A stretch of DNA of 64,000 bases from Eledone cirrhosa (GCA_964016885.1 OZ024750.1:44454001-44518000), one strand, 5' to 3'; shown: positions 36,274 through 51,011, counted from the first letter of the stretch. Made by a program: numbers and translations. Notes: generated by a model not told the origin, from the sequence alone.

Positions 36274-36328
36274 ACTGCCTGAAGAGGTCACAGCCAAAGA
36301 TGGCTGTCACTGAAATATATATAGCAGT
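36274..36328 (+). ncRNA. Minimal type-I hammerhead (core-mutated sibling at 37590-37645)
   Basis: actgc-CTGAAGA-ggtcacagcca aaga tggctgtcact-GAAA-t atat a TA^gcagt. The sibling stem II is atagcca/tggctat, a compensatory change. Confidence 0.82.
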
Positions 36329-36901
36329 AATAAACGAAGCTAAATTTTAATCATTTGACTTATATTTAACTTTATTTTATATATATATATATATATATAT
36401 AAAGATAGAGAGAAAGAGAGAGTGAGAGAGAGAGAGAGATAGAGGGAGAGAGAGAGGGTGAGTGAGAGAGAGAAAGAGAGAAAGATTGACAGAGAGGTAG
36501 ACAGATAGATAGATAGCTAAATATACAGAGTGATAAATATACACTCACGATTGGACTACAGATGTTCATTATATTTTCTGAAAAGAAAAGTTTCAGTTTA
36601 TTTACTTTACAAGCACCACATTTTAGTGTATAGTTTGTTATTGTATAGAAAACAGACACGTGTGTATATACATATGTATATGTATATACACACGGGTGTA
36701 TATACATATGTATATGTATATAAGTGTGTGTGTTTGGAAACGGGTGGTGAAACGTGTAAAGGGAGAATTTGTGGCAACTACTTAATATAAAGCCCTTCTC
36801 TATAAAGTAAGGCTATATATGATCATTAAACGGTTAGGTAGGGATATAAGGCTCCTGTTGTGTACCACCCATAAATTGTAGCATGAATAATGTAATAATG
36901 A

Positions 36902-37142
<241 letters not shown>

Positions 37143-37202
37143 TATATATATACATACATATAATTAAATTCGTTTTCAAATATAAACACTTTAAAGGTAA
37201 CA

Positions 37203-37247
<45 letters not shown>

Positions 37248-37287
37248 GATATTAAATAAATGGAAACTATATTTATAAAACCATATC

Positions 37288-37353
37288 TATTTCATTATAT
37301 ATATTTCAGGGATATCATATTAAAAATATGCTATGCCTTCCTCAGACAAAATA
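37288..37353 (-). ncRNA. Minimal type-I hammerhead
   Basis: tattttgt-CTGAGGA-aggcatagcatatt..aatatgatatccct-GAAA-tatata TA^atgaaata. Confidence 0.72.
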
Positions 37354-37415
37354 CAATATTAATAGATTCGACATACCTTTCAACATCGACTTCAATTTGA
37401 AAAGTAGAATCGTTC

Positions 37416-37511
<96 letters not shown>

Positions 37512-37686
37512 GTATATATAATATATGTTCCAAGGCTCTGATACCATCAACACTATAAACACAGAGGTGGCATATCTAAGGACTGACTAACTGCCTGATT
37601 TGGTCATAGCCATTCAATGGCTATCATCGAAATATATATAGCAGTAAATAAAGGATGATGAGTTCATACAATTGACTTATGTTTCG

Positions 37687-37745
<59 letters not shown>

Positions 37746-37778
37746 TCCTCGGTCCGATTTGATGAAAGTCGATCGTTC

Positions 37779-38042
<264 letters not shown>

Positions 38043-38429
38043 GAACGATCGACTTTCATCAAATCGGACCGAGGAAACAATGTTTCCATTAGTCTTTCCA
38101 ATTGGTAATACTATCTATCGGTCGCAACTCCAGGTAGAAGGTGCAACGTGAAATAAAGTGTCTTGCTGAAGGACATAACCCATCGCCTGGTCCAGGAATC
38201 GAACTCACAACCTCACTATTGCGAATCGTATATATATATATATATAACGAAGGAAATGTGGTAAGGAACCAGATGGATCATAACGCACCAGAGTACTCAA
38301 TACTTAGGGTAGTAGAGTGGGTAATAGGAAAATGTTTGACCACGACGGCAGAGAGAGGCGGCTTTTTCTGGACTGTCCAGAAGTAGCCGTCCAAACGGCT
38401 TGAACTCTGCCGTCGGGGTTAAACATTTT

Positions 38430-38491
<62 letters not shown>

Positions 38492-38519
38492 ATAGCTACT
38501 CTTTCAATATATACACAGC

Positions 38520-38605
<86 letters not shown>

Positions 38606-38747
38606 CACCCTTTTGACGGTTCCAATCAATAGATTGCGGCCATGCTGGGGCACCACTCTGAATGGATTTTGTCAATTACATCAACCACATTATTTATTTT
38701 TTTTCGAAGAAAATACTTATTTTGTCGTCGATCGCTCTCTTTATTGC

Positions 38748-38780
<33 letters not shown>

Positions 38781-40835
38781 TTATTGCTCTGTATGTCTCT
38801 CTCTCTGTCTCCCTCCCTCTCTGTCTCTCTGTCTCTCTCTCTCTCTCTGTCTCCCTCTGTCTGTTTATTTGTTGCTCTGTATCTCTCTCTCTGTCTCTCC
38901 CACACATACACACACACCCTTACACACACACTCACACCCACACATACACGTACATTGTTCTAGATTGACAAATAGATATGTGTGTGTGTCTGTGTGTAAG
39001 TATATATATATATATATGTGTGTGAGTATATATTTGTGCATGTATATATGTATGTCTTAGTATATGTGTGTGTATATGTATATATGTATACATGTATGTG
39101 TGTATAGTTTATATATGTGTGGATATGTATATATGTGTGTATGCGTATGTATATATGTATATATGTATGTTTGTATAGTTTATATATGTATATATATATG
39201 TATATATGTGTATATATGTATACATGTATGTGTGTATAGTTTATATATGTGTGTGTATATGTATATATGTGTATATATGTATATATGTATGTGTGTATAG
39301 TTTATATATGTGTGTATATGTATATATGTGTGTTATGCGATGTGTGGCAGTGATAAAACGATTGGAGGTCGTTTATGGCAACTACTTAATATAAAATACC
39401 TCCATGTATTACCCCAAACAAAAACATTAAATACAGCACACAAGAAAAAAACAAACAAACACACAAACACACAAAAAAAACCCCAGAAACAAACAAACAA
39501 AAAAAAATCTAACAAACGAACCGACAAAATCAGTAACAGCAATAACGACAAAAAAAGGGAGGTTTATATGGGATCAGAAAAGAAGGTAGCGGTAAAATGG
39601 TGGTCGGGATAAGGGATGGGGTGATTTAAAGGTTTGTTGAATTTTGTGGGCTGGCCTTGTTTGGACGATGGTGTAATTGTGAGGAGAGCATCGTCGGTTT
39701 TGGAGGCGTATTGGTGAGTTAAGCGAAGAAGGCGGGTGGTTTAAAAGCTATAAAATAGACGTGGTGGGGGGTATTTTGTGAAAGTGGGGTGTCAAGGTGG
39801 GGTAGGGAAGGAGGGCAGCCACCCTTGTGTATGTTTATATTGTGTTTTGTTATATTATTATTGTTATATTGTTTTTGTTATTGTGTGTTTGTGTTTATTT
39901 TTCTTTTCAAATTTGTTTTTCTCTGGTTTAATTTAGCATCCGTGTTAGTGATGGTTACAAACACACACATACATATATATATATATGTACCATTATATAC
40001 ACCCTTAGCCTCAAATATATATACCTCTAACACATAAATAACACATCATTACGCACATACACATTCAAAAGCAATCTTCTACAGATGCTGTTAAACACAC
40101 GCACACACTCAGTCTTACAGATACATGCGTACACACACACACACACACACACATACACACACACACATATATATATATAAGTACACGCGTACATACAAAC
40201 ACTAAGTCACACACATAAACGCTCTCACGAACTACCCACATACATGCACAGAGGCACACATACACGCGCACACACACCACACACAACACACACGCATACA
40301 GGCACACACAGACACATAGAAACACACACACTCACAAAAACATTCATATATATATATATAATAAGATTTTTCTGCCCTACGGTTAAGCTTCAACGTTTCG
40401 ATAGTAAATGGGAAATAAATGATCTTACTTATATAAATACGCGTTCAAATACGCACACACGCACACACATACACACATACACACACCCACACACACACAG
40501 ATACACACACATGCAACGCATCCACAGAGCATTATAGAAGTTTAATAATAACTAATTATACATATATACCTATATAGGTATATATGTATATACCTATATA
40601 CCTATATACTTATATAGGTATATACCTATGTAAGTATATTCCTATATACGTATATAGGTATATACCTATATATCTATATAGGTATATAGCTATATAGATA
40701 TATAAGTATATCCCTATATATGTATATAGGTATATAGCTATATACCTATATACCTATATACTTATATAGGTATATAGCTATATAAGTATATTCCTATATA
40801 TTTATATAGATATATACCTATATACGTATAACGAT

Positions 40836-40896
<61 letters not shown>

Positions 40897-41994
40897 TAGA
40901 TAGATACATAGATATCTATATACATACATATATATCTATATACATACATAGATACAGTCGGATACGGCCAAGTGAAGTGTCACACAACAGGACTGTATAT
41001 AAAGTCTATAAAGTGTCTAAAAGTTGTAAGTGGTAAAGTTATTATATACAACAATAGAAGTCATTATTCGACAGACAGGAAGGTTGCTCTATCGTCAATG
41101 TTTATGTTGGGCTATTCAAACTAACTAGACAACTCTCCTCCCTGTATCACCACTCCCTCCTCCTCTAACCCCTCATCAACCCCTCCATCATCTCCTCCTT
41201 CCTTCTTTACCTTTTTTATCCTATCCCCACACTCCTATTTTCGCTACCTCTTATTCTCTGTTTCGTTCATGTCCTCCTTGCTCACACAACACTAATTGTT
41301 GTGCCAACATGAGCATGGGTCCGCTACGTGGTCGTACGAAATGCTAAAAATACCTGGCAAAATAAAAACTAGATTGTTACTATTATACCCGTGGATAAGC
41401 AGTATCGGTAGAGCGTCGGACACTACGCTTTGTATAATATAGTTACGTCCCTTTACGTTCTGAGTTCAAATCCCGCTGAGATTAGCTTTGTCTTTCATCC
41501 TATCAGAGTCGATAAAATAAAGTATCAGTCATGCACTGGGGGCCGATATTATAGACTCCCCATTTCTGGCCTTATGCCTAAATCAGAAACCGTTATACTG
41601 TTTGGAGGAGAATGGCATGTTTTTCTTATGTGTTTTGATGTGTTTCCAATCAATATGTCTTTCAAAACCGTCGGAAAACCATTTGTATATTTTTTAGGTT
41701 AATTTTTCGATAATTTCGAAGTTCATAGCTAAAGGAAAACATAAGATGCCCCTTCAAAGAGAGGCAGTTAAATATTCACTTCCAAACTCGAAAACATTGA
41801 AGGTGAGCCCCAGCCCCAAGTTAACTAAAGATCGAATCATTTCAGAAGATTTTGAAACTTTGGTTCGTTCAAAACGCCTTAAAATAAAACATAAGAAAAA
41901 CACAAGAAAAACATAAGAAAAATTACATTTTACCTCCAAACGTAAAGCAGGTGTAATTGTAAAAAAAATACCAAGTAATATACCTCACTTCATA

Positions 41995-42162
41995 CAGTGA
42001 AATTCCGTTATAAAGAAATTCGTTGTAACAAAAATTCTTCATACAGTAAGGAGATCGACCGAATCAAATCGATCGTTTGTTATTACCTCGGGAATTGAAA
42101 AAAAATTGTGTTATACTGTAAAATTCGTTATAATGGTATTCGTTATAACGGAATTTTACCTG
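41995..42162. mobile_element. Tc1/pogo-type MITE
   Basis: TIRs CAGTGAAATTCCGTTATAA / TTATAACGGAATTTTACCTG, flanked by TA; internal TTCGTTATAA repeats. Confidence 0.78.
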
Positions 42163-42541
42163 TAAACATAGGTATTTTACCTGTAAACGTAGCTGGATGG
42201 TTTACGATTTTATCATTGCATTCTTTCTTATCATTTATCTCACGAGCCGTGTATAAATTTAATATATAAAAAATGGGTATAAAAGCAAAAAGTATGATAC
42301 ACAATTTACAAAGAGAATAAAATGACGCGGTTCATTAATGAGAATACGTTAATAAGATTAGTGAGGGCACCGAGAAGGGTTATAATAAAACAGCCATCAT
42401 CCTTTTTACGACGTCCTGTAGTAGGAAGATTGATGTAAAGTAATTTTTATTCTGTGACGGCGATGAATTTATTTTGTAAGGTTTTTGATATGAAATCGCG
42501 TGTTGAAACAAATATTGTTATGAGTTTTGACAAATATTGTT

Positions 42542-42590
42542 ATGAGTTTTGACAAGTACTAATTAGTACGAAACAGTGCTGTCAATTTAT
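42542..42590 (+). ncRNA. Type-I hammerhead ribozyme, U3-A8 core variant (copy 1)
   Basis: atgagtt-TTGACAA-gtac taatta gtac-GAAA-cag tg ctg-TC^aatttat. Stems I, II and III all pair. Confidence 0.7.
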
Positions 42591-43064
42591 CTCACCTTGC
42601 CTGCCGAAAATTTAAGTAAGCGACAATGTCGCTACTTTAAAACATTAGCGTATGGCCTTCAAAATGCTTTAATTAAGCATACAGTGTATTGCAAAATACA
42701 CTATATATACATTCATATATATATCGCTATTTCAGAGCACCAAATCTAATTTTCAATTTCTGCTGGGTCGACGTCCGCTCTGTAAAATCAGATTGTTACT
42801 GGAATTCTATAAGAATCCAACACACATAATTTTCGGCAGACAAGGAGAGTACTGAGTTTTGACAAGTACCAATTAGTACGAAACAGCGCTGTCAATTTAT
42901 CTCACCTTGCCTGCCAAAAATTTAAGTAAGCGACAATGTCGCTACTTTAAAACAATAGCGTATGGCCTTCAAAATGCTTTTAATTAAGCATACAGTGTAT
43001 TGCAAAATACACTGTATATACATTCATATATATATCGCTATTTCAGAGTACCAAATCTAATTTT
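42544..43064 (+). mobile_element. Retrozyme-like element: about 1.7 tandem copies of a 310-nt unit, each with a type-I hammerhead, flanked by a 12-bp TSD
   Basis: Direct repeats 42544-42753 and 42854-43064. TSD AAATATTGTTAT at 42532-42543 and 43065-43076. No ORF. Confidence 0.75.
42845..42903 (+). ncRNA. Type-I hammerhead ribozyme, U3-A8 core variant (copy 2)
   Basis: gagagtactgagtt-TTGACAA-gtac caatta gtac-GAAA-cagcgctg (palindromic)-TC^aatttatctc. Stem I is extended by gaga/tctc. Confidence 0.72.
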
Positions 43065-43369
43065 AAATATTGTTATATTTAAGGTTCATGTTGTTATAAT
43101 ATTGCCAGAAATATATAATAAAACACTCTCTATTTGGTTTGGCTTGGTTTTCGCTTCAGTATAATTTATATTTTTATAATTAATTCAGCTGGTAATCAAT
43201 GCTTATCATTGATTGACCAACAGTTAAAAATACAGATATAAATATAGTTTCTCAAAGAGTTCTTTCGTCACACACCTGTGACATCATCAGTGATATTATT
43301 ATGTTTTATCCCGTTGTATTGTTGTAATGTCTTCTTATTTTATATGATTTCTATTTTTATTCTATTTAA

Positions 43370-43826
43370 TGATGGTAGTCATGGCGGTGGTGGTAGTGGT
43401 GGAGGTGTTAATATCCATGATGATGACAATGATGATGGTGATGATGATGATGATAAGAGTGAGGGCGATGATGATAATGGTGTTGATGTTGGTATTATTG
43501 GTGGTGACGGGGATGGTAGTAAGGATATTGTAACTATGGCGATGATGATAATGATGGTGATAGTTGTAATGATGCAGGATAATGAATTTAAAGATAATGA
43601 TGAGGTTGATGATGGTGATGATGATGATGATGATGATGGTGTTGGTGATGATGATGATGATAGTGATGATGGTGATGATGATGATGATGATGGTGTTGAT
43701 GGTGATGATGATGATAGTGATGATGGTGATGATGATGGTGGTGATGATGATGATGATGATGATGGTGATGATGGTGATGATGATGGTGATGGTGATGATG
43801 GTGATGATGGTGATGGTGATGATGGC

Positions 43827-43869
<43 letters not shown>

Positions 43870-44020
43870 GTGATGATGGTGATGGTGATGATGGCGATGA
43901 TGATGATGGTGATGGTGATGATGATGATGATATTGGTCGATGGTGATGGAAATGGTGGTGATGATGTTGAAGATGATGATGGTGACAATGGCGACGATGT
44001 TGTTGACGATGGTGGTGGCG
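43370..44020. repeat. (GAT/GGT)n microsatellite tract
   Basis: Direct reading; it produces poly-D/M/H/S/I ORFs in all frames. Confidence 0.95.
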
Positions 44021-44374
44021 AGGGAGAGATAACAACGACAACGCCGATTACGGCGCCTACGATGATGTTTCAAAGTTGATAGGGCGTCGTGTCGTGTAAA
44101 GGCGAGAGAGAGGGAGGGAAGTGTGGTGGAGATTGTATATGAAGTGAGAAGATAGAGACACTTAGCCACAGCAACAACAACAACAACAACAACAACACAC
44201 AGTAGCATCAGAGACGACAACAACAAGAGAAACAACAATATTTTACATTCCGGCCATAATTATCACGTGTCATACTCTCTTTACAAACATTTATCATCAG
44301 ATATAGACGACAGACCGCAGACTCCCTCTCTCCCTCTCTGTATCTCTCTCTCACACACACACACTCTCTCTCTG

Positions 44375-44408
<34 letters not shown>

Positions 44409-44554
44409 ACTCTCTCTCTCTCTGTCTCTCTCTCACACACACACACACACTCTCTCTCTCTGTCTCTCTCTCACACACACACACACTCTCCCTCTCTATA
44501 TCTCTCTCTCTCTCTATCTCTCTCTCTCTGTCTCTCCTTCTCTGTCTCTCTCTC

Positions 44555-44612
<58 letters not shown>

Positions 44613-44678
44613 TCTCCCTCTCTATATCTCTCTCTCTCTATCTCTCTCTCTCTGTCTCTCCTTCTCTGTCTCTCTCTC

Positions 44679-44738
<60 letters not shown>

Positions 44739-44845
44739 TCTCTCTCTCCCTCTCTGTATCTCTCTCTGTCTATATATATATATATCTCTGTCTCTCCCTA
44801 TCTGTCTCTCTCTCGGTCTCTCTCTCTCTCTTTCATACACACACA

Positions 44846-44923
<78 letters not shown>

Positions 44924-45536
44924 ATCTCCGTATTTCTCATTTTCTCGTCTTTCTTTCTCTCATTTATTCATTCTTTCTTTCTTTTTATCTTCCTTTCTCC
45001 CCCTCTCCCTTTATATATACTATATATATATAGTACATGCCTATCAACATGCAGTGGATTTGCAGTATCGGTAGAGAGTCAGACGCCATGCTATCCAGCA
45101 TAGAGTTACGGCTCTTGCCATTCTGAGTTCAAATCCCGCCGAGCTTAACTTTGCCTTTCATCATTACGGGGTCGATAAAATAAAGTACCAGTAATGTAGT
45201 GGATAATTGCTGGCCTTGTGCCAAAAGTAGAAACAATTATATATACTATATATATATATATATAGTACATGCCTGTCAACTATATATATACTATATATAT
45301 ATATATATATATATAATTCTTTCTTCTTTAGGCACAAGACCAGCAATAATCCAGTGCATTACTGGTACTTTATTTTATCATCATATAATATATTTCAGTT
45401 TGTATGGCGTTTTAACATATGTTTAGCTCTGTGTTTTTAATTATAGAGCGCTTGCCTGCATGACTCTGATTTTGCGTTTCGTTTTGCTTTTTCTACCCGC
45501 TGAAATGCGATTCTCACAGAATTTATATTTATATAT

Positions 45537-45600
<64 letters not shown>

Positions 45601-45974
45601 ACCCTAACGTCCCCTTTATTTACGTGTCCCAACGACTTTTTTTTGCCGTTGTTCGCACCAACCTGAGGCATATGGCCCTTAAAGCGATGAAATGCCTGGG
45701 ACGGTTGGAGGGTCACTGATGAAGGACTTACTTTTTCATATGCACCACCATTTGCAACGCGCAGCCATCATTATTATCATATTTACACATAATCTTTCTT
45801 CTGCTGCCACCCGTCTGTTTCGTTCTTTGTACCTTTTACCCTTTCTCGTTCTTTGTACCTTTTACCCTTTCTAGCAGTCTCTCTCTCTGTTAGCCTCCTC
45901 CTCAACTTTCACTCACTCATTCTCTGTCACTACCTCTCCTCCTCCTCTTTCCTCCTCCTTCAAGTTTGACCTGT

Positions 45975-46500
45975 GTGTAATTCTTTTCTCGCGCGGTCTT
46001 GGTCAAGCTGGTATGGAATTTTTTTCTCTTTCTCTCTTTCGTCTGCGACTTCACAAAACTTATGTTTACCGAATTCGTAGACCAGACCCCTTCTTCTTCT
46101 TCTTCTTCTTCTTCTTCTTCTTCTTCTTCTTCTTCTTCTTCTTCTTCTTCTTCTTCTTCTTCTTCTTCTTCTTCTTCTTCTTCTTCTTCTTCCCCCCGTT
46201 AGACCTGTGCGAAATTCCTTCCTTGCTCACATTTCAACCAGGTTTGATGGTCTTTTGTCTCTTGTTCACGATTTCACCGAGTTTATATTCATAGAGATCT
46301 GGGACTTGTCTATTTCTTCTCACTTTCCGTTGCTTAAACCATTTTTACGTGTCCCAACGACTTTTTTTAGCCGTTGTTCGCACCAACCTGAGACATATGG
46401 CCCTTAAAGCGATGAAATGCCTGGGACGGTTGGAGGGTCACTGATGAAGGACTTACTTTTTCATATGCACCACCATTTGCAACGCGCAGCCATCATTATT

Positions 46501-46505
<5 letters not shown>
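45975..46505. repeat. Unclassified interspersed repeat (copies at 45600-45780, 48175-48268, 49830-50250 inverted, about 25955-26010)
   Basis: Shared GCGATGAAAT...GGTTGGA.G.TCACTGATGAAGGAC block. Confidence 0.7.
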
Positions 46506-46554
<49 letters not shown>

Positions 46555-46653
46555 ATGCCTGTCAATCGAAACATCCAATCCTTCCTCTCTCTCATTTCCC
46601 TTTCTTTCTTTCTCCCTTCTCCTCTCTCTCTCCTACTATCCATCTATCTATCT

Positions 46654-46725
46654 GTAAAATCCCTGGCATAGCATATGTCTTTGTATTGTCCCCTTTTCTT
46701 GTGCGCCCTTGTGGCAAATAAAGAA

Positions 46726-46728
<3 letters not shown>
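46654..46728 (+). mobile_element. Tx1 3'-UTR-only fragment in (ATCT)n
   Basis: Ends GCCCTTGTGGCAAATAAAGAAATC; ATCT repeats on both sides. Confidence 0.75.
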
Positions 46729-46795
<67 letters not shown>

Positions 46796-46867
46796 TATGC
46801 TTAAAACATTTATCTATATCTGTACCAAACTAACAGTCTCTCTCTCTCGGTCTTTCTCTCAAGAGTA

Positions 46868-46956
<89 letters not shown>

Positions 46957-47045
46957 GGTTGGTACAGATGTAGGTAAATGGATATATATTTTAAGCATAA
47001 TAGACTGATAGATAGATAGATAAATAGATATATATATAGATAGAT

Positions 47046-48020
47046 ATCTTTCTTTATTTGCCACAGGGGCTTACAAAAATGGGACATTACAAGACGTGAC
47101 GGTGTGTTTATTTTACATAAACATAACTTTAACATTAATAAATAACAATAAAACTATATATAATAAAATAACAATTGAAATCCCCAATAGGGGGGAACGT
47201 TACTGCAGGGTTGTTTTACACCCCGTGGATAGAACAACTCTCAACACCAGGAACACGGTTTGTAGGTGCTCCTGTCTTCGCTCTGTTTGTCTTCCTCAAC
47301 CTACAGGTTTATATACAGAGAAGGCCCATTCACTCGGGCCATTTTCGCCACATTCACCCACCTTTCAGCGAATTTACTGGGGTGTAGCACCTCTCTCTCC
47401 ACTCTCACCTTCCTTCTGGAGTGGTACTTAAAGAAAGGGATAAGTTGTTGTCCGTAGAGAAAGGTGTTTGCCTTCAGTCCTTTTAACCTCGTCCACCATA
47501 TTACCTCTTTCGCCATAGCCACCTGACAGAGGAAAACCGCATCTCCTTCATTCTTAAACGAAGGCGGCGGCGTGATCCTCACGATCAACTCGGCTGACAA
47601 CTGGATGCGTCCCACACAGGACAGTAGTTGTTCGACATAATTCCACAGGTCGGTCACTCCTGGGTACTGAACAATTGCGTGCAGAACGGTTGCGATGTCC
47701 TCCTCGCATCTTGGACAGGTCCTTTTGGCAGGATCTCTGCCAGGGCGTCCGTGCCTGTAAATTTTGTCTCGAACTGGTAGAGCTCCTCGCTAGTACTGCC
47801 AGGCCAGAGACCTCTGGAAGTTATCCATAGGCCTGGACGGAAAGTTCTCCCGAACAGACTGGTCAGTTCGTCCTTCTAGATGTCTAGAATTTGCCCGAAA
47901 ACGTCGTCACACTTATCCTCCACTAATCCCCTATAGAATGTCAAAGTGGAGTCTCCGCTGATTGCCGTTTCCGCTTGGTAGAGGCCTGTGAGCGCTGGAA
48001 GGCACTCCAGGTGCCAGGGA
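47046..48020 (-). mobile_element. 5'-truncated Tx1-family copy in (GATA)n
   Basis: Encodes a homologue of the ORF2 C-terminus (DLWNYVEQLLS...RVNGPSLYINL) with stops and frameshifts. 3' end CCTGTGGCAAATAAAGAAA; flanked by GATA repeats. Confidence 0.9.
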
Positions 48021-48071
48021 CCCAATAGAGAGATAGATAGATAGCTGATATATAGAGAGACAGATATATAG

Positions 48072-48172
<101 letters not shown>

Positions 48173-48302
48173 ATGGAGCTGCGCGTTGCAAATGGGTTAC
48201 ATATGAAAAAGTTTGTCCTTCATTACGACGGTTGGAAGACCACTGATGAAGGACAAACTTTTTCATATATATATATATAGATAGATAGATAGTTAGATAG
48301 AT

Positions 48303-49061
48303 ATGTTTTTTTTATTAGCCACAAGAGCACAAAAGAAGTGGACAAATACAAAGGGGGAAGTTTATATACAATAAAAACGTGTAAAATAATATCACAAATG
48401 CAATTTAAAAAATTAGTCGATTTTCCCCAATAGGGGAGACAGTTCATAGGGGTAACACATAGACCCGAAAAAATGTGCAACCCTCATCTCCAGGAGTACG
48501 AAGAGTTTGTACTCCTTTCCTCTCTTCCTCTTTTTCCTCAACCTACAGGCTGATATAAAGAGAAGGCCCATTCACTCGGGCCATTCTCGCCACTTTCACC
48601 CACCTTTCATAAAACTTGCTGGTGTACAGCACCTCTCTCTCCATCCTGATTCTTCTTCCAAAGTGGTATTTGAAAAAAGAATCAGTTGTTGGCCTGAGGG
48701 AAAGGTATCTGACCTCAGCCCTTTCAACCTTGTCCACCATACAACCTCTTTCGTCATAGCTATCACACAAAGAAAAACACCCTCTCCTTCGTGTTTGAAG
48801 GAGGGTGGCGGTTTGACAATGACAATGAACTCGGTGGTCAACCGGATTGGTCCCACCCGCGACAATAGTCGTTCTACATAGCCCCACAGGTCAGTGACGC
48901 CCGGGCAGTGTATGAATGCGTGCGCGACGGTTTCTTCGTCTCGCACGCACCTCGGACAGATCTTTTTTGCAGGTTCCCTGCCCGGGCGTCCATGTCTGTA
49001 GAGCAGTCTCGAACTGGTAGAGCTCCTCGGTAGCACTGCCAGGCCAGGGACTTTTGGAAGT

Positions 49062-49062
<1 letters not shown>
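48303..49062 (-). mobile_element. 5'-truncated Tx1-family copy in (GATA)n
   Basis: CPRC...AHAFIHC...RVNGPSLYISL, frameshifted. (AGAT)n on both sides. Confidence 0.9.
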
Positions 49063-49101
<39 letters not shown>

Positions 49102-49711
49102 CGTATATTATAAAGAACACCGACAACAGGCACAGCAACAACTAAAACTTTCAGGACAACAACAGCAACAACAATATGAGAACGACAATATTTAAAGCTC
49201 AAAAATCTACAAACACAACAACGTAAGAAGGAGGAGGAAGAGGGGGAGGAGGATGAGAAGGAGGAGGTGGAGGAAGAAGAAGAAGAAGAAGAAGAAGAAG
49301 AAGAAGAAGAAGAAGAAGAAGAAATAACAAACAAATATTTCTTTTAAAAAATCCCTTAACCAACAACAAATGATTCTTCGATAATTAATCATGGAAGTCT
49401 GTAAACATTGTTAATTAGTGATCGATTCCTTAATTAGCCCAGCATTAATCCATAAAAATGCCGCTTAAGATTAATTGAAAACACTTTTGATGAGGTTGGG
49501 ATAACATTACTGCATGGATATCGGAAGTTGAATAAGGTTTTCTTGGTAGAGGGCGTTGTTGGAAATGGGTGATAAGTTCATGTACACGTGTGTATATATA
49601 TATGTACGTGCTGGTTTCAATATGTGTTTGTATGTGTGTATGTGCGTGGGCGAATGTGCGTGTGTGGGCGTGAATTTTTGTTCACGTGTGCTGTGGTTTA
49701 AATGTCAGTCT

Positions 49712-49772
<61 letters not shown>

Positions 49773-50250
49773 ATATATATATATACATATATATATATAC
49801 ATATACACACACACACACATATATATATGAATAAAGTTAGTCCTTCATCAGTGATCTTCCAACCATCATTGGTATTTCATCGCTTTAAAGACCATATACC
49901 TCCGGTTGGTGCGAGCAACGGCTAAAAAAAGTCGTTGGGACACGTAATTAAAGGGGACACGAGTGTAAACATACAAAATGATGAAGCAACGGAAAGTGTG
50001 GAAGAAGGAGTCAAGTCCCAAATTTCTATGAATTTAAATTGGGTGAAATCGTGAACGAGAGAGAATAAAGGCAATCAAACCTGGTTGGAATGTAAGCAAG
50101 GAAGGAATTCCGTACAGGTCTAACGGGAGGAAGAAGGGATCTAGTCTGTGATTTCGGTTAACGTGAGTTCTGTGAAATCGTAGACGAGAGAGAGAGAGAA
50201 AAAAAAGGCGACTTGCCAGACCAAGGGTGCGAAAGAAAAGAATTACGCAC

Positions 50251-50281
<31 letters not shown>

Positions 50282-50289
<8 letters not shown>

Positions 50290-50586
50290 TACAAATTTTA
50301 ATAAAATAGATGTTCTTTTGATCAATTACATTTTATTATACATATTTCGGACGTACAAAAGTACGTCCTCATCAGACAAAATATAATGATACATGACATA
50401 CTCTGAGATGTTAAATGGTTAAGATTTAATCAAGGTATTAAAACTTAACCATTTAACATCTCAGGGTATGTCATGTATCATTATATTTTGTCTGATGATG
50501 ATGTACTGTTGTACCTCTGAAATAAGTATAATAAAATTTAATTGATCAACAGACCATCTATTTTATTAATATTTGTATTTTAATAT
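50282..50586. repeat. About 300-bp palindrome with outward-facing hammerheads, in (TA)n
   Basis: The arms are reverse complements around about 50432. Confidence 0.88.
50325..50387 (-). ncRNA. Minimal type-I hammerhead (Penelope pLTR-type), left arm of a fold-back
   Basis: attatattttgt-CTGATGA-ggacgtac tttt gtacgtcc-GAAA-t atgt a TA^ataaaatgtaat. A mutated mirror copy lies on the plus strand at 50480-50542. Confidence 0.85.
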
Positions 50587-50752
50587 ATAAATATATATAT
50601 TCTTTCCTTTTTTCCTTCCCCACAATAACTTTCTAATGTTATTGACGCACTGGAGAGAGACAGTGTCGTTAATCCGTTGAAATATCCGTGAGCTCCAGCA
50701 GACAACTGAAGAGGGGACCTGTTCCTTGTTTGGGATTTCCTTTTATTTCTAA

Positions 50753-50865
<113 letters not shown>

Positions 50866-51011
50866 GGTTTGTTGGTTCACCACTGGATGGAAGTGGTCAT
50901 TCCGCATGGGCGGCCGACTTAGGTAGAAGCTGGTAAATAGTCGGTCGTCCATTTGACTCTGATTTTCAACCCTATGGATTTTATCTGATATATTCCTTTG
51001 TTATATTTCGA

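Noticed and set aside
42544-43064. TRIM or solo-LTR interpretation of the direct repeats
   Set aside because: No TG...CA termini, PBS or PPT, and the TSD is 12 bp rather than 4-6 bp. A tandem unit with hammerheads fits better.
43278-44238. Poly-Asp, poly-His and poly-Met ORFs
   Set aside because: Translation of a (GAT)n microsatellite.
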